Shown: in pieces, positions 18,912 through 28,358 of the stretch | Layout of the letters: each line of letters begins with the position of its first letter | Numbering within the stretch: position 1 is the stretch's first letter | Assembly (NCBI GenBank): GCA_964620535.1 | Contig: CAZUHN010000095.1 | Span: forward strand, 1 to 45,854 | Length of the DNA stretch: 45,854 nt | Direction of reading: 5' to 3' | Source: an uncultured Nitrospinaceae bacterium | GTDB lineage: Bacteria > UBA8248 | The notes under the pieces: model-generated | The model's input: only the letters and a program-made list of their open reading frames with translations | Databases searched by the model: none | What the model was told of the DNA's origin: nothing | Position numbers and translations under genes: made by a program

Positions 18912-19868
18912 ATGCCCAATCGCCAGGATACGATAGCCGAACGCATTCTCGCTGGTGAAGTGCGGTCCGCGGCGCGGTTCATTTCTAAGATCGAAGACGG
19001 GGACACGGCTATCCAGCCGGTTCTCCGTTCGCTCTATGCGCATGGAGGGCGGGCGGCGATCATCGGGCTCACGGGTCCTCCCGGAGGAGGGAAAAGCACT
19101 TTGACGGACCGATTCATATCCCAGTATCGCAGCGAGGGGAAACGGGTGGGTGTGCTGGCGGTGGACCCGACTAGCGCATTCACCGGGGGGTCGATTCTGG
19201 GCGACCGGATTCGGATGAGCCAGCACTTTACCGACCCAGGCGTCTTCATCCGGAGCATGGCGACGCGCGGGTATCTAGGCGGTTTGGCTCGCACCACCGG
19301 GGACGCCGTGACGGTTCTGGACGCCATGGGATTCGACATTGTAATCGTCGAGACGGTGGGCGTTGGGCAGGCGGAGTTAGACGTCGCACAAGTGGCCGAT
19401 ACGGTGGTTTTGGTGCTCACGCCGGGCCAGGGAGACGACGTTCAGGCGGCCAAGGCCGGGATCATGGAGATCGCGGACATCTTTGTGGTCAACAAGGCGA
19501 AGCGCGAAGGGGCGGAAGGGACGATGAGAAATATCGAGGAGATACTCCATTTGAAACCGGGCGCGGGAGAGGACGCCTGGCGTCCCCCCGTTCTCAGGAC
19601 AGAAGCCATTGACGGCGAGGGAATCGAGGAGGTGGCGAAAGGAATCGAGGAGCACCGCCGCTATCTCGCGGATCATCCCGAAACCATGCGCCTTCGCCGC
19701 CGCGAGAAGGCGAGATACGCGTTGATGGAAATATTGAAAGACAAAGTGGCCGAACGCTTTCTCAAACGGACGGAACAAGGCGAGGCATTTGGAGCCATTC
19801 TCGACGATATCGCAATCCGTAAAAAAGACCCTTACGGCGTCGCTGAGACGATGTTGCAGGACAGTTAG
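18912..19868 (+). CDS. meaB: methylmalonyl-CoA mutase-associated G3E GTPase (MeaB/ArgK family)
   Basis: P-loop GLTGPPGGGKST, VLAVDPTSAFTGGSILGDRIRM, ETVGVGQ, VVNKA. Confidence 0.85.
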   Translation: MPNRQDTIAERILAGEVRSAARFISKIEDGDTAIQPVLRSLYAHGGRAAIIGLTGPPGGGKSTLTDRFISQYRSEGKRVGVLAVDPTSAFTGGSILGDRIRMSQHFTDPGVFIRSMATRGYLGGLARTTGDAVTVLDAMGFDIVIVETVGVGQAELDVAQVADTVVLVLTPGQGDDVQAAKAGIMEIADIFVVNKAKREGAEGTMRNIEEILHLKPGAGEDAWRPPVLRTEAIDGEGIEEVAKGIEEHRRYLADHPETMRLRRREKARYALMEILKDKVAERFLKRTEQGEAFGAILDDIAIRKKDPYGVAETMLQDS

Positions 19869-20005
19869 CGGCATACACGGGAGTGACCGCCCCGTTTCTT
19901 CTTGTTTGTGCAAGCAAAGGCGAGCCGAAGAAATTCGAACAGAATTTACTTTTCCCGGGAAATGCGCGGCGTGTATCTCGAGGTGAGAAAAGGAGGTGAG
20001 AAAAG

Positions 20006-20356
20006 TTGGCTGAAACAAGGGAGGCCGGAAATTTCCGTCTGGTATTGGTGACAACCAGTTCCGAGGAGGAAGCCACCGGGATCGCTAAGAGTTTAGTCGA
20101 AGAAGGTCTGGCCGCCTGCGCGAACATTATTCCGCGGATCCGGAGCATTTATCGGTGGAATGGCAAGGTGCAGGACGACCCGGAGTGTTTGGTTCTCCTG
20201 AAAACGGTTTTATCGAAAGTAGATGATTTGTCCGCCCGAGTGGCCGAACAGCACAGCTACGATGTGTCCGAGGTCATTTCCGTTGCCCTCGACCGGGGAA
20301 GAGAGTCCTATCTGGACTGGCTGTCCGGGTGCATCCAGCCGGCCCGGCGGGAGTGA
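20006..20356 (+). CDS. cutA: divalent-cation tolerance protein CutA
   Basis: Matches CutA1 family length and motifs: LVLVTTSSEEEA...LAACANIIP.IRSIYRWNGKV. TTG start follows AAGGAGG. Confidence 0.8.
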   Translation: MAETREAGNFRLVLVTTSSEEEATGIAKSLVEEGLAACANIIPRIRSIYRWNGKVQDDPECLVLLKTVLSKVDDLSARVAEQHSYDVSEVISVALDRGRESYLDWLSGCIQPARRE

Positions 20357-20435
20357 GTCCGGGAAGGGTTTACGGTAGATTCACTTTTTTCTTGTTTGTC
20401 CAACCGGTTTACGGAGAGAAAAGAGAGAAATGGGT

Positions 20436-21806
20436 TTATAGGATGGGGAGATAGGCATTGAGCTCGAAATCGGAGACGTGGACCCGGTAGCGCTCCCATT
20501 CGAGTTTTTTGTTTTCAATCAACTTCTCCATGATATATTCGCCCAGCGCCGTTTTTAGTAATTCGCTGTTTTCCGCAAATTTGATTGCTTCTCCCAGATC
20601 GCCCGGAAGCGCCTTGATTTCCCTTCGCACCCTTTCTTCCGGGCTGAGCTCGTAGACATTTTCCTCGACGGGCGCCACGGGAGGGTATCCTTTCTCGATT
20701 CCCGCCATTCCCGCCGCAAGACAGCAGGCGAAGGCGAGATAAGGGTTGCACGCCGGGTCAGGCGATCGAAGCTCGATCCGGGTGTCGGAGTCGCGTCCCT
20801 TTCGGGGGGTCGGAACACGGATGAGATCGCTCCGGTTTTTGTGGGCCCAGGAGATGTACATGGGAGCTTCGAATCCGGGCGCCAAGCGCTTGTAGCTGTT
20901 TGTCCATTGGTTCAAAACGATGGCACACTCAGGCGCATGCCGAAGTAGACCCGCAATAAACGCGAGGCACTCGTCTGAAAGGTTGTCCGCCTTTGAAGGA
21001 TCGTGGAAAACGTTTCGCTCGCCTTCGAATAGGGAAAGGTGAAGGTGCATCCCGTTTCCGTTGCTGTCGGCGAGGGGCTTGGGCATGAAAGTCGCAAAGA
21101 CGCCGTGGCGCATCGCCACTTCCTTTACCACGAGACGGTATGTCATGGCGTTGTCCGCCATGGCCAAGGCGTCATCGTAGCGTAGGTCGATTTCGTGTTG
21201 GCTGGGGCCCACCTCATGGTGGCTGTACTCCACGCCAATTCCCATGCCTTCTAGGGTGAGAACCGTATCCCGCCGGAGATCGCTGGCGACGTCGAGAGGG
21301 GTGAGGTCGAAATATCCTCCCCGGTCGAGCTTTTCTAAGGGCTGCTCTGACGATCTGAAATAGTAATGTTCGAATTCGGAGCCAACATAAAAGGTGAAGC
21401 CTTTGGCGGCGGCCTTTTCGAGGGCGCGCCGGAGGACGTAACGCGGATCCGCCGGGTAAGGCGAATCGTCCGGACGATTGATGTCGCAGAACATGCGAGC
21501 GACCACACTGCCGTCTTTGGGTCGCCAGGGGAGGACGCAAAACGTGGCCGGATCGGGCAGGGCGAACATGTCGCTTTCTTCGTTCCGCGCAAAGCCCTCG
21601 ATGGCGGAACCGTCGAATAAGTGTCCTTCAAACAGAGCGACCTCGAGATCCTCGGTGGTGATGGCGAAACTTTTGAGAAAGCCGAGAATGTCCGTGAACC
21701 ACATCCGGATGAAGCGAACATCCAGATCGCGTGCCTGGTTGAGGACAAATTCCTTGTCCCTTGCCTTAGATGACGGGGCCAATCGTTTCTCCGATTCCTG
21801 ACACAT
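20436..21806 (-). CDS. glnA: glutamine synthetase, type I
   Basis: FTDILG, FDGSAIEGF, YSHHEVGPSQHEIDL, NGNGMHLHLSLF, NSYKRL, IELRSPDPACNPYL. Confidence 0.9.
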   Translation of the reverse strand: MCQESEKRLAPSSKARDKEFVLNQARDLDVRFIRMWFTDILGFLKSFAITTEDLEVALFEGHLFDGSAIEGFARNEESDMFALPDPATFCVLPWRPKDGSVVARMFCDINRPDDSPYPADPRYVLRRALEKAAAKGFTFYVGSEFEHYYFRSSEQPLEKLDRGGYFDLTPLDVASDLRRDTVLTLEGMGIGVEYSHHEVGPSQHEIDLRYDDALAMADNAMTYRLVVKEVAMRHGVFATFMPKPLADSNGNGMHLHLSLFEGERNVFHDPSKADNLSDECLAFIAGLLRHAPECAIVLNQWTNSYKRLAPGFEAPMYISWAHKNRSDLIRVPTPRKGRDSDTRIELRSPDPACNPYLAFACCLAAGMAGIEKGYPPVAPVEENVYELSPEERVRREIKALPGDLGEAIKFAENSELLKTALGEYIMEKLIENKKLEWERYRVHVSDFELNAYLPIL

Positions 21807-22073
21807 TTGCCCGGCGCGGGCGGGAAAGAGTCTCCGGTTTCATCTCGCCGCCGGGGTTTTTCGAAGTCGGCACAGCCGCTTTTCCGCATCTTCCCCTTTT
21901 GGGAAATCTTCGGCGAATCGGCAGCACCAGCTCCGCCGCGAGGGGGGGATCACAATTGTCTTCATGCTAACCAAGCCTTGTTTCAGAAACGTTTCGGCAG
22001 GATTTCGCCGGGGTTAAATCCACGGGGAAACGAGATGGGAAGGAGGGCGACGGCGCTTCAGGGGGAGTTTTCC

Positions 22074-22751
22074 TTATCTCGTTCCTTCGTTGAACTTGTA
22101 GCCTACTCCTCGGACGGTGGAGATGAAGGGTCGGCCACCGACCTCGATCTTCGAGCGAATTCTGCGGATGTGAACGTCCACGGTTCGTGCCCCGCCGATG
22201 TAGTCGGCCCCCCAAACGAGATCGAGAAGCCGCTCCCGATCGAAAACATGCCCCGGGTTTTTCATCAATAGCTTGAGAAGCTCAAATTCGCGAAAAGTCA
22301 AGCTAACGGGAACGCCGTCAAGGCGGAACTCGTAGCGGTCCTCGTCGAGGATCAAGTTTTCGACCTCGCGCGAAGAATTCCCCGTTTTGTACGATGAAAC
22401 GCGGGATCGGGTACATAAGTTTTGAACGCGGAAGATAAGCTCTTCCTCCCGAACCGGCTTCACAATCGCGTCGTCGGCTTCGATGGGAGTGGACTGGTTC
22501 GGCAGACGGGCGGACTCCACGAGAAGCATGATGGGCATCGCGCTCCAGTTCCGAAGGTCTTTCACGGAAGGAAGGGCGGGGGCGTCGTCCAGAAGAATGA
22601 GCGAATAACCTTGTCCGCGTATTTCCCGCAGAGCCGTTTCTTCGTCCTCGACCACTTTGCAAAAATGTCCTTCGCGACGGAGGGAGCGAATGAGGACGTC
22701 GGCGAATTCGGCATCGGCTGTATAGATAAGTAGTTTTGCCATCCCGGACAT
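22074..22751 (-). CDS. OmpR/PhoB-family response regulator with atypical receiver domain
   Basis: C-terminal winged helix: LTFREFELLKLLMKNPGHVFDRERLLDLVW...RTVDVHIRRIRSKIE...TVRGVGYKF. The N-terminal receiver has LILLDD and IVKPV, but TAD in place of the acidic pair and V in place of the conserved T/S. No kinase gene is nearby. Confidence 0.85.
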   Translation of the reverse strand: MSGMAKLLIYTADAEFADVLIRSLRREGHFCKVVEDEETALREIRGQGYSLILLDDAPALPSVKDLRNWSAMPIMLLVESARLPNQSTPIEADDAIVKPVREEELIFRVQNLCTRSRVSSYKTGNSSREVENLILDEDRYEFRLDGVPVSLTFREFELLKLLMKNPGHVFDRERLLDLVWGADYIGGARTVDVHIRRIRSKIEVGGRPFISTVRGVGYKFNEGTR

Positions 22752-22836
22752 CCAATGCGTGCAATGAAGCGTCGGAAATGTAACGGGTATGTTTGCAGTG
22801 AATCTTAACTGATGTGCTGCTTCCGGTGAAAATAGA

Positions 22837-24093
22837 TTAGAGCTTTGAAATCTTGTGAGTCATGTCGACCAAACTTTCCAAGTTGTGAGCGGGCAAAAAA
22901 TCGTCGCAATACGGAAGGGCTGTCCGCATCCCGCGATCGATCGGCCGGTATCCGGGGCTGCCCAGAAGGGGATTTAGCCAAATCAGGTGACGACACTTTT
23001 TCTTAAGACGATCCATTTCGAGAGCAAGGAGGTCGGTGTCCCCTCGGTCCCAGCCGTCCGAGATGATGAGTACGATGGTCCGGCTGTTGAGAATTTGCCT
23101 GCCGTAGTCGTAGTTGAAAGTGCGGAGACAATTCCCGATTTGGGTCCCGCCGCTCCAGTCATGAACCTCATGGGAGAGGCGCGACAAGGCCACGTTCACG
23201 TCTTTATGTCGAAGGTAAGGGGTCGCGTCGGTGAGGCGGGTGCTGAATACGAAGGTCCAGAGTGATTTAATTTCGTGTTGTAGGCTGTAGAGGAACTGGA
23301 TGAGAAACTGGCTGTAACTATCCATCGAACCGGAGACGTCGCAAAGAAGAAGGATTTGTGTTTTTTGAATACGGCGCTTTCTGCGGAAGAGTTTGATCAC
23401 CTCGCCACCGGTCCGGATGCTCCGCTTCACGCTCCTCCGGAGGTCGATCTCCCGCGCGCTCGCCGCGGCCTTTTTTCGGCGACTAAGTCGGGTGGCGAGC
23501 TTCGGGATCAGTTTGGCGATCAGCCGCCGTAATTGGTGGATCCGGTCCCCTTGTATTGAGGAGAAATCCTTTTGTGACAATACCTCGACCGGGCTGTAGG
23601 CGGGGACACCTTCTTCGTCCTCTCCCCCCTCGCCCGGATCAGCTCCTTCTTCCGCCTCGTCGCCGGGAAGGCTCGAGCCCGTTTTGTTCTCATCGGTCTC
23701 TGACTCTTTGTCGTCCTGCGAGTCGCCCGGCCCCTCGCCGGCACCTTCAGCCAGTTCGTTCTCAAGCTCCGCGTCGAGCTCAAGGGAATCTTCCCCGGCT
23801 GAGACGTTTCCGCGCTCGTCAAACCAAAAGCGGCGAAAGATCGCGTCGAATATGACGCTTTCCTCCTGACTTGAAACTAGGTTGGATTTTGCTGCCACAT
23901 AGACATATTGCAGGTCTGTAATATCTAGATGATCAAAACTGTTGAAGAGGTCGATGATTCTGCCGGAGGTCGCCTTCAGGCCGGTTTTCCGAAGTATTCG
24001 GCAGAAGGCGGTGACTTCCCCCTGAATGCCGCCGCCGGGAAAACGGATGCGCCGTCGGGGGAGGGTGCCTGAAACAACAGGGCGGATTTTCAT
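22837..24093 (-). CDS. VWA domain protein, CoxE family
   Basis: N-terminal FCRILRKTGLKATSGRIIDLF.., an acidic low-complexity insert, then a C-terminal VWA domain with MIDAS-like LLLCDVSGSM...ISDGWD. Confidence 0.8.
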   Translation of the reverse strand: MKIRPVVSGTLPRRRIRFPGGGIQGEVTAFCRILRKTGLKATSGRIIDLFNSFDHLDITDLQYVYVAAKSNLVSSQEESVIFDAIFRRFWFDERGNVSAGEDSLELDAELENELAEGAGEGPGDSQDDKESETDENKTGSSLPGDEAEEGADPGEGGEDEEGVPAYSPVEVLSQKDFSSIQGDRIHQLRRLIAKLIPKLATRLSRRKKAAASAREIDLRRSVKRSIRTGGEVIKLFRRKRRIQKTQILLLCDVSGSMDSYSQFLIQFLYSLQHEIKSLWTFVFSTRLTDATPYLRHKDVNVALSRLSHEVHDWSGGTQIGNCLRTFNYDYGRQILNSRTIVLIISDGWDRGDTDLLALEMDRLKKKCRHLIWLNPLLGSPGYRPIDRGMRTALPYCDDFLPAHNLESLVDMTHKISKL

Positions 24094-24117
24094 AGGAAAT
24101 CCTGAGAACGAATGCGG

Positions 24118-25053
24118 CTATTCGACTTCAGGAGACAACTGGGCCGTCCCCACAAGGCGGTCGAACCCGTCCTCTTTGATCTGCTTAATGTCTTCTTGGT
24201 ATTTCAGGATGCACCCGATGGTTTCTTTCACGGAGTCGGAGTCGAGCTCTTCCTTATGGAGGGCGATGAGGGCTTGTGCCCAGTCCAGGGTTTCGGCAAC
24301 GCCGGGCCGCTTGTAAAAGTCCACCTTCCGTGCCTGGCCCATGAAACGACAGATCTGCTCGCCGAGCCGTTTTGTGATTCCGGGCACCTTTGTCAGGACA
24401 ATTTCCAACTCTTTCTCAAAACTGGGATAGTCCACCCAAAGGTATAGGCAGCGGCGCTTCAGGGCATCGTGAATTTCCCTGGTCCGGTTGCTTGTCAAGA
24501 CAACGAGCGGTTTGCGCTCGGCCATGATGGGTCCGAGCTCAGGAATGGTGATCTGGAAATCGGATAGGATTTCGAGCAGGAACGCTTCGAATTCCTCGTC
24601 TGCCCTGTCAATCTCATCTATGAGCAGCACGATGGGCCGCTTTTTCGAGTGGAGCAAGGCGCGGAGCAGGGGGCGTTCAATCAGATACTCGGGACTGAAT
24701 ATGTCTTTTTCAATCTGCTTGGCGTTTCCCTTGGAGCCCTCTTCGGTTTTGATGTGGAGGAGCTGCTTGGCGTAGTTCCACTCATAAAGGGCAGAGTTCG
24801 AGTCGAGACCTTCATAGCACTGGAGGCGAATCAATTCGGTGTCGAGGGAGGCGGCGAGGACTTTCGCCATCTCCGTCTTTCCGACACCGGCCTCACCTTC
24901 GAGGAAGAGAGGTTTTTCCAGCTTGATGGCCAGGTAAAGCGTTGTGGCAATTGCCCGATCTGAAATGTATTTATTTTGCCTGAAACATTCCTGAACGGCG
25001 TCAACGCTGGATAGATCGGGTAGCGGCAATTTTCGTTGTTTGGTGTTTTTCAT
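24118..25053 (-). CDS. MoxR-type AAA+ ATPase, CoxD-like
   Basis: Walker A LEGEAGVGKT, Walker B VLLIDEIDRA, and the typical MoxR length. ATG 25053 follows AGGAAGGA and avoids overlap with the upstream gene. The track ORF starts 31 codons earlier. Confidence 0.85.
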   Translation of the reverse strand: MKNTKQRKLPLPDLSSVDAVQECFRQNKYISDRAIATTLYLAIKLEKPLFLEGEAGVGKTEMAKVLAASLDTELIRLQCYEGLDSNSALYEWNYAKQLLHIKTEEGSKGNAKQIEKDIFSPEYLIERPLLRALLHSKKRPIVLLIDEIDRADEEFEAFLLEILSDFQITIPELGPIMAERKPLVVLTSNRTREIHDALKRRCLYLWVDYPSFEKELEIVLTKVPGITKRLGEQICRFMGQARKVDFYKRPGVAETLDWAQALIALHKEELDSDSVKETIGCILKYQEDIKQIKEDGFDRLVGTAQLSPEVE

Positions 25054-25079
25054 TTGGTTTGACGACACTATTTCCTTCC

Positions 25080-25712
25080 TTATGGAGCATGAACAACGGC
25101 GGCCGTTGCTTCGATTGCGTCGATGATTTTCACATAGCCCGTGCATCGGCAGAGGTTGCCGGCAATTCCGGCTTTAATTTCCTCCCGGGTTGGCTGGGGA
25201 TTGCTGTCCAGGAGGGCTTTCGCCGCCACAATCATACCCGGCGTGCAAAAACCGCACTGGATACCGCCATGCTCGATGAATTTCTTTTGAATTGGATGGA
25301 GATTGTCCACCGTCCCGATACCTTTGACGGTGGTAATCTCTCGTCCGTCGGCCTGGACTCCCAGGGCGCAGCACGCGTTTATGGCGATGCCGTCGAGCAG
25401 AACTGTGCACGCGCCACAGTCGCCGGCCTCGCACCCGTTTTTTACCTCGGTGAATCCGATGTCGCGGAGGAGGTAAAGAAGCGTCGTGTGCGCGGCCGCT
25501 TCGGTCGTTACCGTTTGTCCATTCACTCGAAAGGAGATCGGATGTTTTGTGGGGGGTGAATAGGATGTCTTTTTCCGGGCGGCGGTATTTGCTGGGCTCC
25601 GCTTTCTTGCGGGTTTCTTTTTTGATGATACGGCCTTTTTCCGGGCCGCTTTTCGGACGGCGGGTTTTTTCGCTATCTTCTTTTTTTTGCCCTTCGTCGA
25701 GGACGCCATCAT
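25080..25712 (-). CDS. [2Fe-2S] small subunit of a xanthine dehydrogenase/CODH-family enzyme (CoxS-like) with lysine-rich N-terminal extension
   Basis: VNG...GCEAGDCGACTV...NACC and CGFCTPGM...NLCRCTGY (two 2Fe-2S motifs). These are preceded by about 55-60 residues of K/A/R/P-rich sequence. Likely start is ATG 25712 (GGAGA 8 nt upstream), with GTG 25727 as an alternative. Confidence 0.85.
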   Translation of the reverse strand: MMASSTKGKKKKIAKKPAVRKAARKKAVSSKKKPARKRSPANTAARKKTSYSPPTKHPISFRVNGQTVTTEAAAHTTLLYLLRDIGFTEVKNGCEAGDCGACTVLLDGIAINACCALGVQADGREITTVKGIGTVDNLHPIQKKFIEHGGIQCGFCTPGMIVAAKALLDSNPQPTREEIKAGIAGNLCRCTGYVKIIDAIEATAAVVHAP

Positions 25713-25752
25713 GTCCGATTTCTCCACGCTTGATCCGGAAGATGGCAGGTCT

Positions 25753-26625
25753 TCAACCTGCCTCCAAAGGAAGTGGAATATCCAATGCCTGGGAAATCAT
25801 GCGCCGTGGCAAAACCTCGCACATCAGCTTGCGGTATTCGGCTGAGGCGCGAATGTCGTCGATGGGTTTTGCCACCGCTTCACAGGCCTTCGCCGCACGT
25901 TGGACGAGAGAGAGGTTTATTTCATTGCCTTCGAGTATTTTTTCGGCCTCATAGCAACGGATGGGAGCGGGGGTCACCGCGCCGAGAGAGATCCCGGCCT
26001 CTTGGCATATTTTCCCCTTCACTTTGAGCACGATCGCCACTCCGACAACGGTGATAGCCATGGCCCTTCGGCGAGCGAGCTTATAGTAGCCCCATCTATG
26101 GTTTTTCCCCGGCGGGGAGAACGATACCCCGGTGATGAGCTCACCAGTGCGGATGGCGGTCTGGCGATAGCCGGTTAAGAACTTGTCAAGTGCCAAGGTC
26201 CGTTTTCCTTTTCGGCTGACGAGGGTAACGTTCGCCTTGAGGGCGAGGAGGGGGGGAACGACGTCGGCCGCCGGACCTCCGCCTACGAGATTTCCCGCAA
26301 TGGTGGCCCGATTTCGGATTATTGGACCCGCGAATTTGGCGGACATGGCTGAAAGGATCGGCGTTTCACGGGTGATGAACTTGTTTTCCAGCAGGGCGGT
26401 CATTGTAGTGAGGGCGCCGAGTGTGATTTTCTTCTTGCCCTTCTTGATTTCGCGGAGGCCGGAAACTCGCATGAGATCAATGACGAGTTCGGGTCCTCTT
26501 TCGTGTTGGTGACGAAGGTCGGGGAGAAAGTTGGTTCCACCCGCGATAAACTTGTAATTTTTCCGGGCGGTGGATTTCAGCACACCGCTGACGGTGGTTG
26601 GGGCGACAAAATCAAATCCACGCAT
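25753..26625 (-). CDS. FAD-binding medium subunit of a xanthine dehydrogenase/CODH-family enzyme (CoxM-like)
   Basis: FIAGGTNFLPDL, ATIAGNL and a C-terminal CO-dehydrogenase flavoprotein-like domain (DDIRASAEYR). Confidence 0.85.
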   Translation of the reverse strand: MRGFDFVAPTTVSGVLKSTARKNYKFIAGGTNFLPDLRHQHERGPELVIDLMRVSGLREIKKGKKKITLGALTTMTALLENKFITRETPILSAMSAKFAGPIIRNRATIAGNLVGGGPAADVVPPLLALKANVTLVSRKGKRTLALDKFLTGYRQTAIRTGELITGVSFSPPGKNHRWGYYKLARRRAMAITVVGVAIVLKVKGKICQEAGISLGAVTPAPIRCYEAEKILEGNEINLSLVQRAAKACEAVAKPIDDIRASAEYRKLMCEVLPRRMISQALDIPLPLEAG

Positions 26626-26951
26626 GGGACGTATTCGTATCCTCGTGAAAGAGCTTCAGGCTTTCCCAAAAAGTCGAGAAATTGTGCCCTGGAACGTCAA
26701 ATGACGCAATCGAATAAGTCCGACCGAGCCGGAATTTGGAACTGGAAGACCAACGGGCACCGATTCGGACAGCTGAAAAAATCACGTTTTTCGCTCTCAT
26801 AGAGTGGGCAAAGTATCAATCAAATCATGTTGCCGTCAACCTCACAGACTCTTGCGAAAGGGGGAATGGTCAGCGTAAAATCCTTAATTATGTCAACTAC
26901 TTCCACTGAATACCTATTTCTAACTTCAAATTTTTTTCTTCCGGTCGGAAA

Positions 26952-28358
26952 GTGGTTGTGAACGCTCGGAAACCCCGACGGCGTATCGCAATCGCGAGCC
27001 TGGGATGCAAGTTGAACCAGGCCGAGGGCGAGGCGATGCGGCATCGGTGCACCAAGGCCGGCTACGAGATTGTACCATTCGGCCAGGGGGCGGACGTATA
27101 CGTGGTCAATACGTGTACCGTGACGGCGGAAGCCGATCGCGAATCAAGGCGGCTTGCCCGGCGGGCGAGACGTCTTGCGCCGGAATGGGGCCGGGTCGTC
27201 TTGGCCGGCTGCGCGCCCCAGGCCAATCCTGATGAAATGCACATTCCCGAAGCGGATCTGCTCCTGGGAAATGCGGAGAAAATCCATCTTCCACACCACC
27301 TGTCCCTACCTGTTCGGAGGAACGGGGGGGAGGCCCGATCGCCCGAGGTGCGCGTCGCGCCGATGGAAGATGGAACCCGACTTGAGACCTTCTCTCTGTC
27401 TCATTTTGAGGGCCGCACCCGCGCGTTGCTGAAAGTCCAGGACGGATGCGATTTCTCTTGTAGTTTCTGCGCGACGACTCTTGCCAGAGGGCCCAGCCGC
27501 TCGCTCGGTCCTGGAGCGTGCGCGGCCCAGGCTGAAAGACTCGTGGGTGACCGGCACATCGAAATCGTCATGACGGGCATACACCTCGGTGCGTATGGAC
27601 GCGATCTCGAAGAGCGAACCACCCTCAGCCGGCTCGTCAGGCGGTTGCTCGAGGTGAGGGGACTCGGGCGCCTTCGCCTTTCGTCTGTCGAGCCGGGCGA
27701 ATTGACGCGTGAGCTCATCCGAACGGTTTCGACTCACGCATATGAAAATGCAACTGAAGGAGAAGCATACGTATGCAGACATTTCCACATTCCGGTACAG
27801 AGCGGGGATGATGAGGTTCTCTCCAGAATGGGGCGAAATTACCGGTCGGAACCCTGCGCCAGCAAATTTGAAGAAATTGGGCGAAGGATTCCGGGCGTTT
27901 GCCTTGGAGCGGATTTCATCTCAGGATTTCCGGGAGAATCCGACTCGGCATTCGAGAGAACCCTCGAATGGGTAAGAGCGGTTCCGCTCGCGTATATGCA
28001 CGTTTTTCCCTACTCTCCGCGCGCGGGGACAGAGGCCGCCGCCATGGGAAAAAAACTTTCACCCGCAACGGTCCGTTCCCGGGTGCGGGCACTCGGCGAT
28101 CTTGGCGATCGAAAGTGGGCGGCCTTCGTGGCATCCCAAATTGGGGCGAGGGCGGAAGTCCTATTCGAGCGGCGACTGAAGGATGGCGGTTTTCTTACCG
28201 GACTGACCGATAATTACATCCGTGTTCTTGCCAACGGACCGGACGATTGGATTGGGCGGACCGTGCAGCTCCGCCTCGAGCCCTTTGGGCGGAATGAAGT
28301 CGGAAGACAGCCACGGACCTCCCGTTTTGAGAAGCTTTGGGGAGTTGAGCGCTTATGA
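26952..28358 (+). CDS. mtaB: radical-SAM methylthiotransferase, MiaB/MtaB family
   Basis: N-terminal UPF0004 domain (LGCKLNQAEGEAM...VVNTCTVT), a radical-SAM CxxxCxxC (GCDFSCSFC) and a C-terminal TRAM-like region. GTG start. Assignment to MtaB rather than MiaB or RimO is tentative. Confidence 0.75.
   Translation: MVVNARKPRRRIAIASLGCKLNQAEGEAMRHRCTKAGYEIVPFGQGADVYVVNTCTVTAEADRESRRLARRARRLAPEWGRVVLAGCAPQANPDEMHIPEADLLLGNAEKIHLPHHLSLPVRRNGGEARSPEVRVAPMEDGTRLETFSLSHFEGRTRALLKVQDGCDFSCSFCATTLARGPSRSLGPGACAAQAERLVGDRHIEIVMTGIHLGAYGRDLEERTTLSRLVRRLLEVRGLGRLRLSSVEPGELTRELIRTVSTHAYENATEGEAYVCRHFHIPVQSGDDEVLSRMGRNYRSEPCASKFEEIGRRIPGVCLGADFISGFPGESDSAFERTLEWVRAVPLAYMHVFPYSPRAGTEAAAMGKKLSPATVRSRVRALGDLGDRKWAAFVASQIGARAEVLFERRLKDGGFLTGLTDNYIRVLANGPDDWIGRTVQLRLEPFGRNEVGRQPRTSRFEKLWGVERL

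Noticed and set aside
18912-19868. MeaB-type GTPase without an adjacent B12-dependent mutase.
   Set aside because: Mutase genes are often encoded elsewhere, so with only this window visible the absence is not informative.
19895-20400. TTTnTTCTTGTTTGT occurs on both sides of cutA (19895-19909 and 20385-20399), suggesting flanking direct repeats.
   Set aside because: These are short, T-rich, low-complexity matches. By rough estimate, several 11-mer coincidences within 500 bp are expected by chance in a window this size. No other mobility signature is present.
21807-22073. glnA leader examined for a sigma54 -24/-12 promoter (GG-N10-GC), a glutamine riboswitch (glnA RNA) or GlnR/NtcA-type palindromes.
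   Set aside because: No element with correct spacing or the conserved riboswitch segments was found by eye. Only a G7 run and unremarkable hairpins are there.
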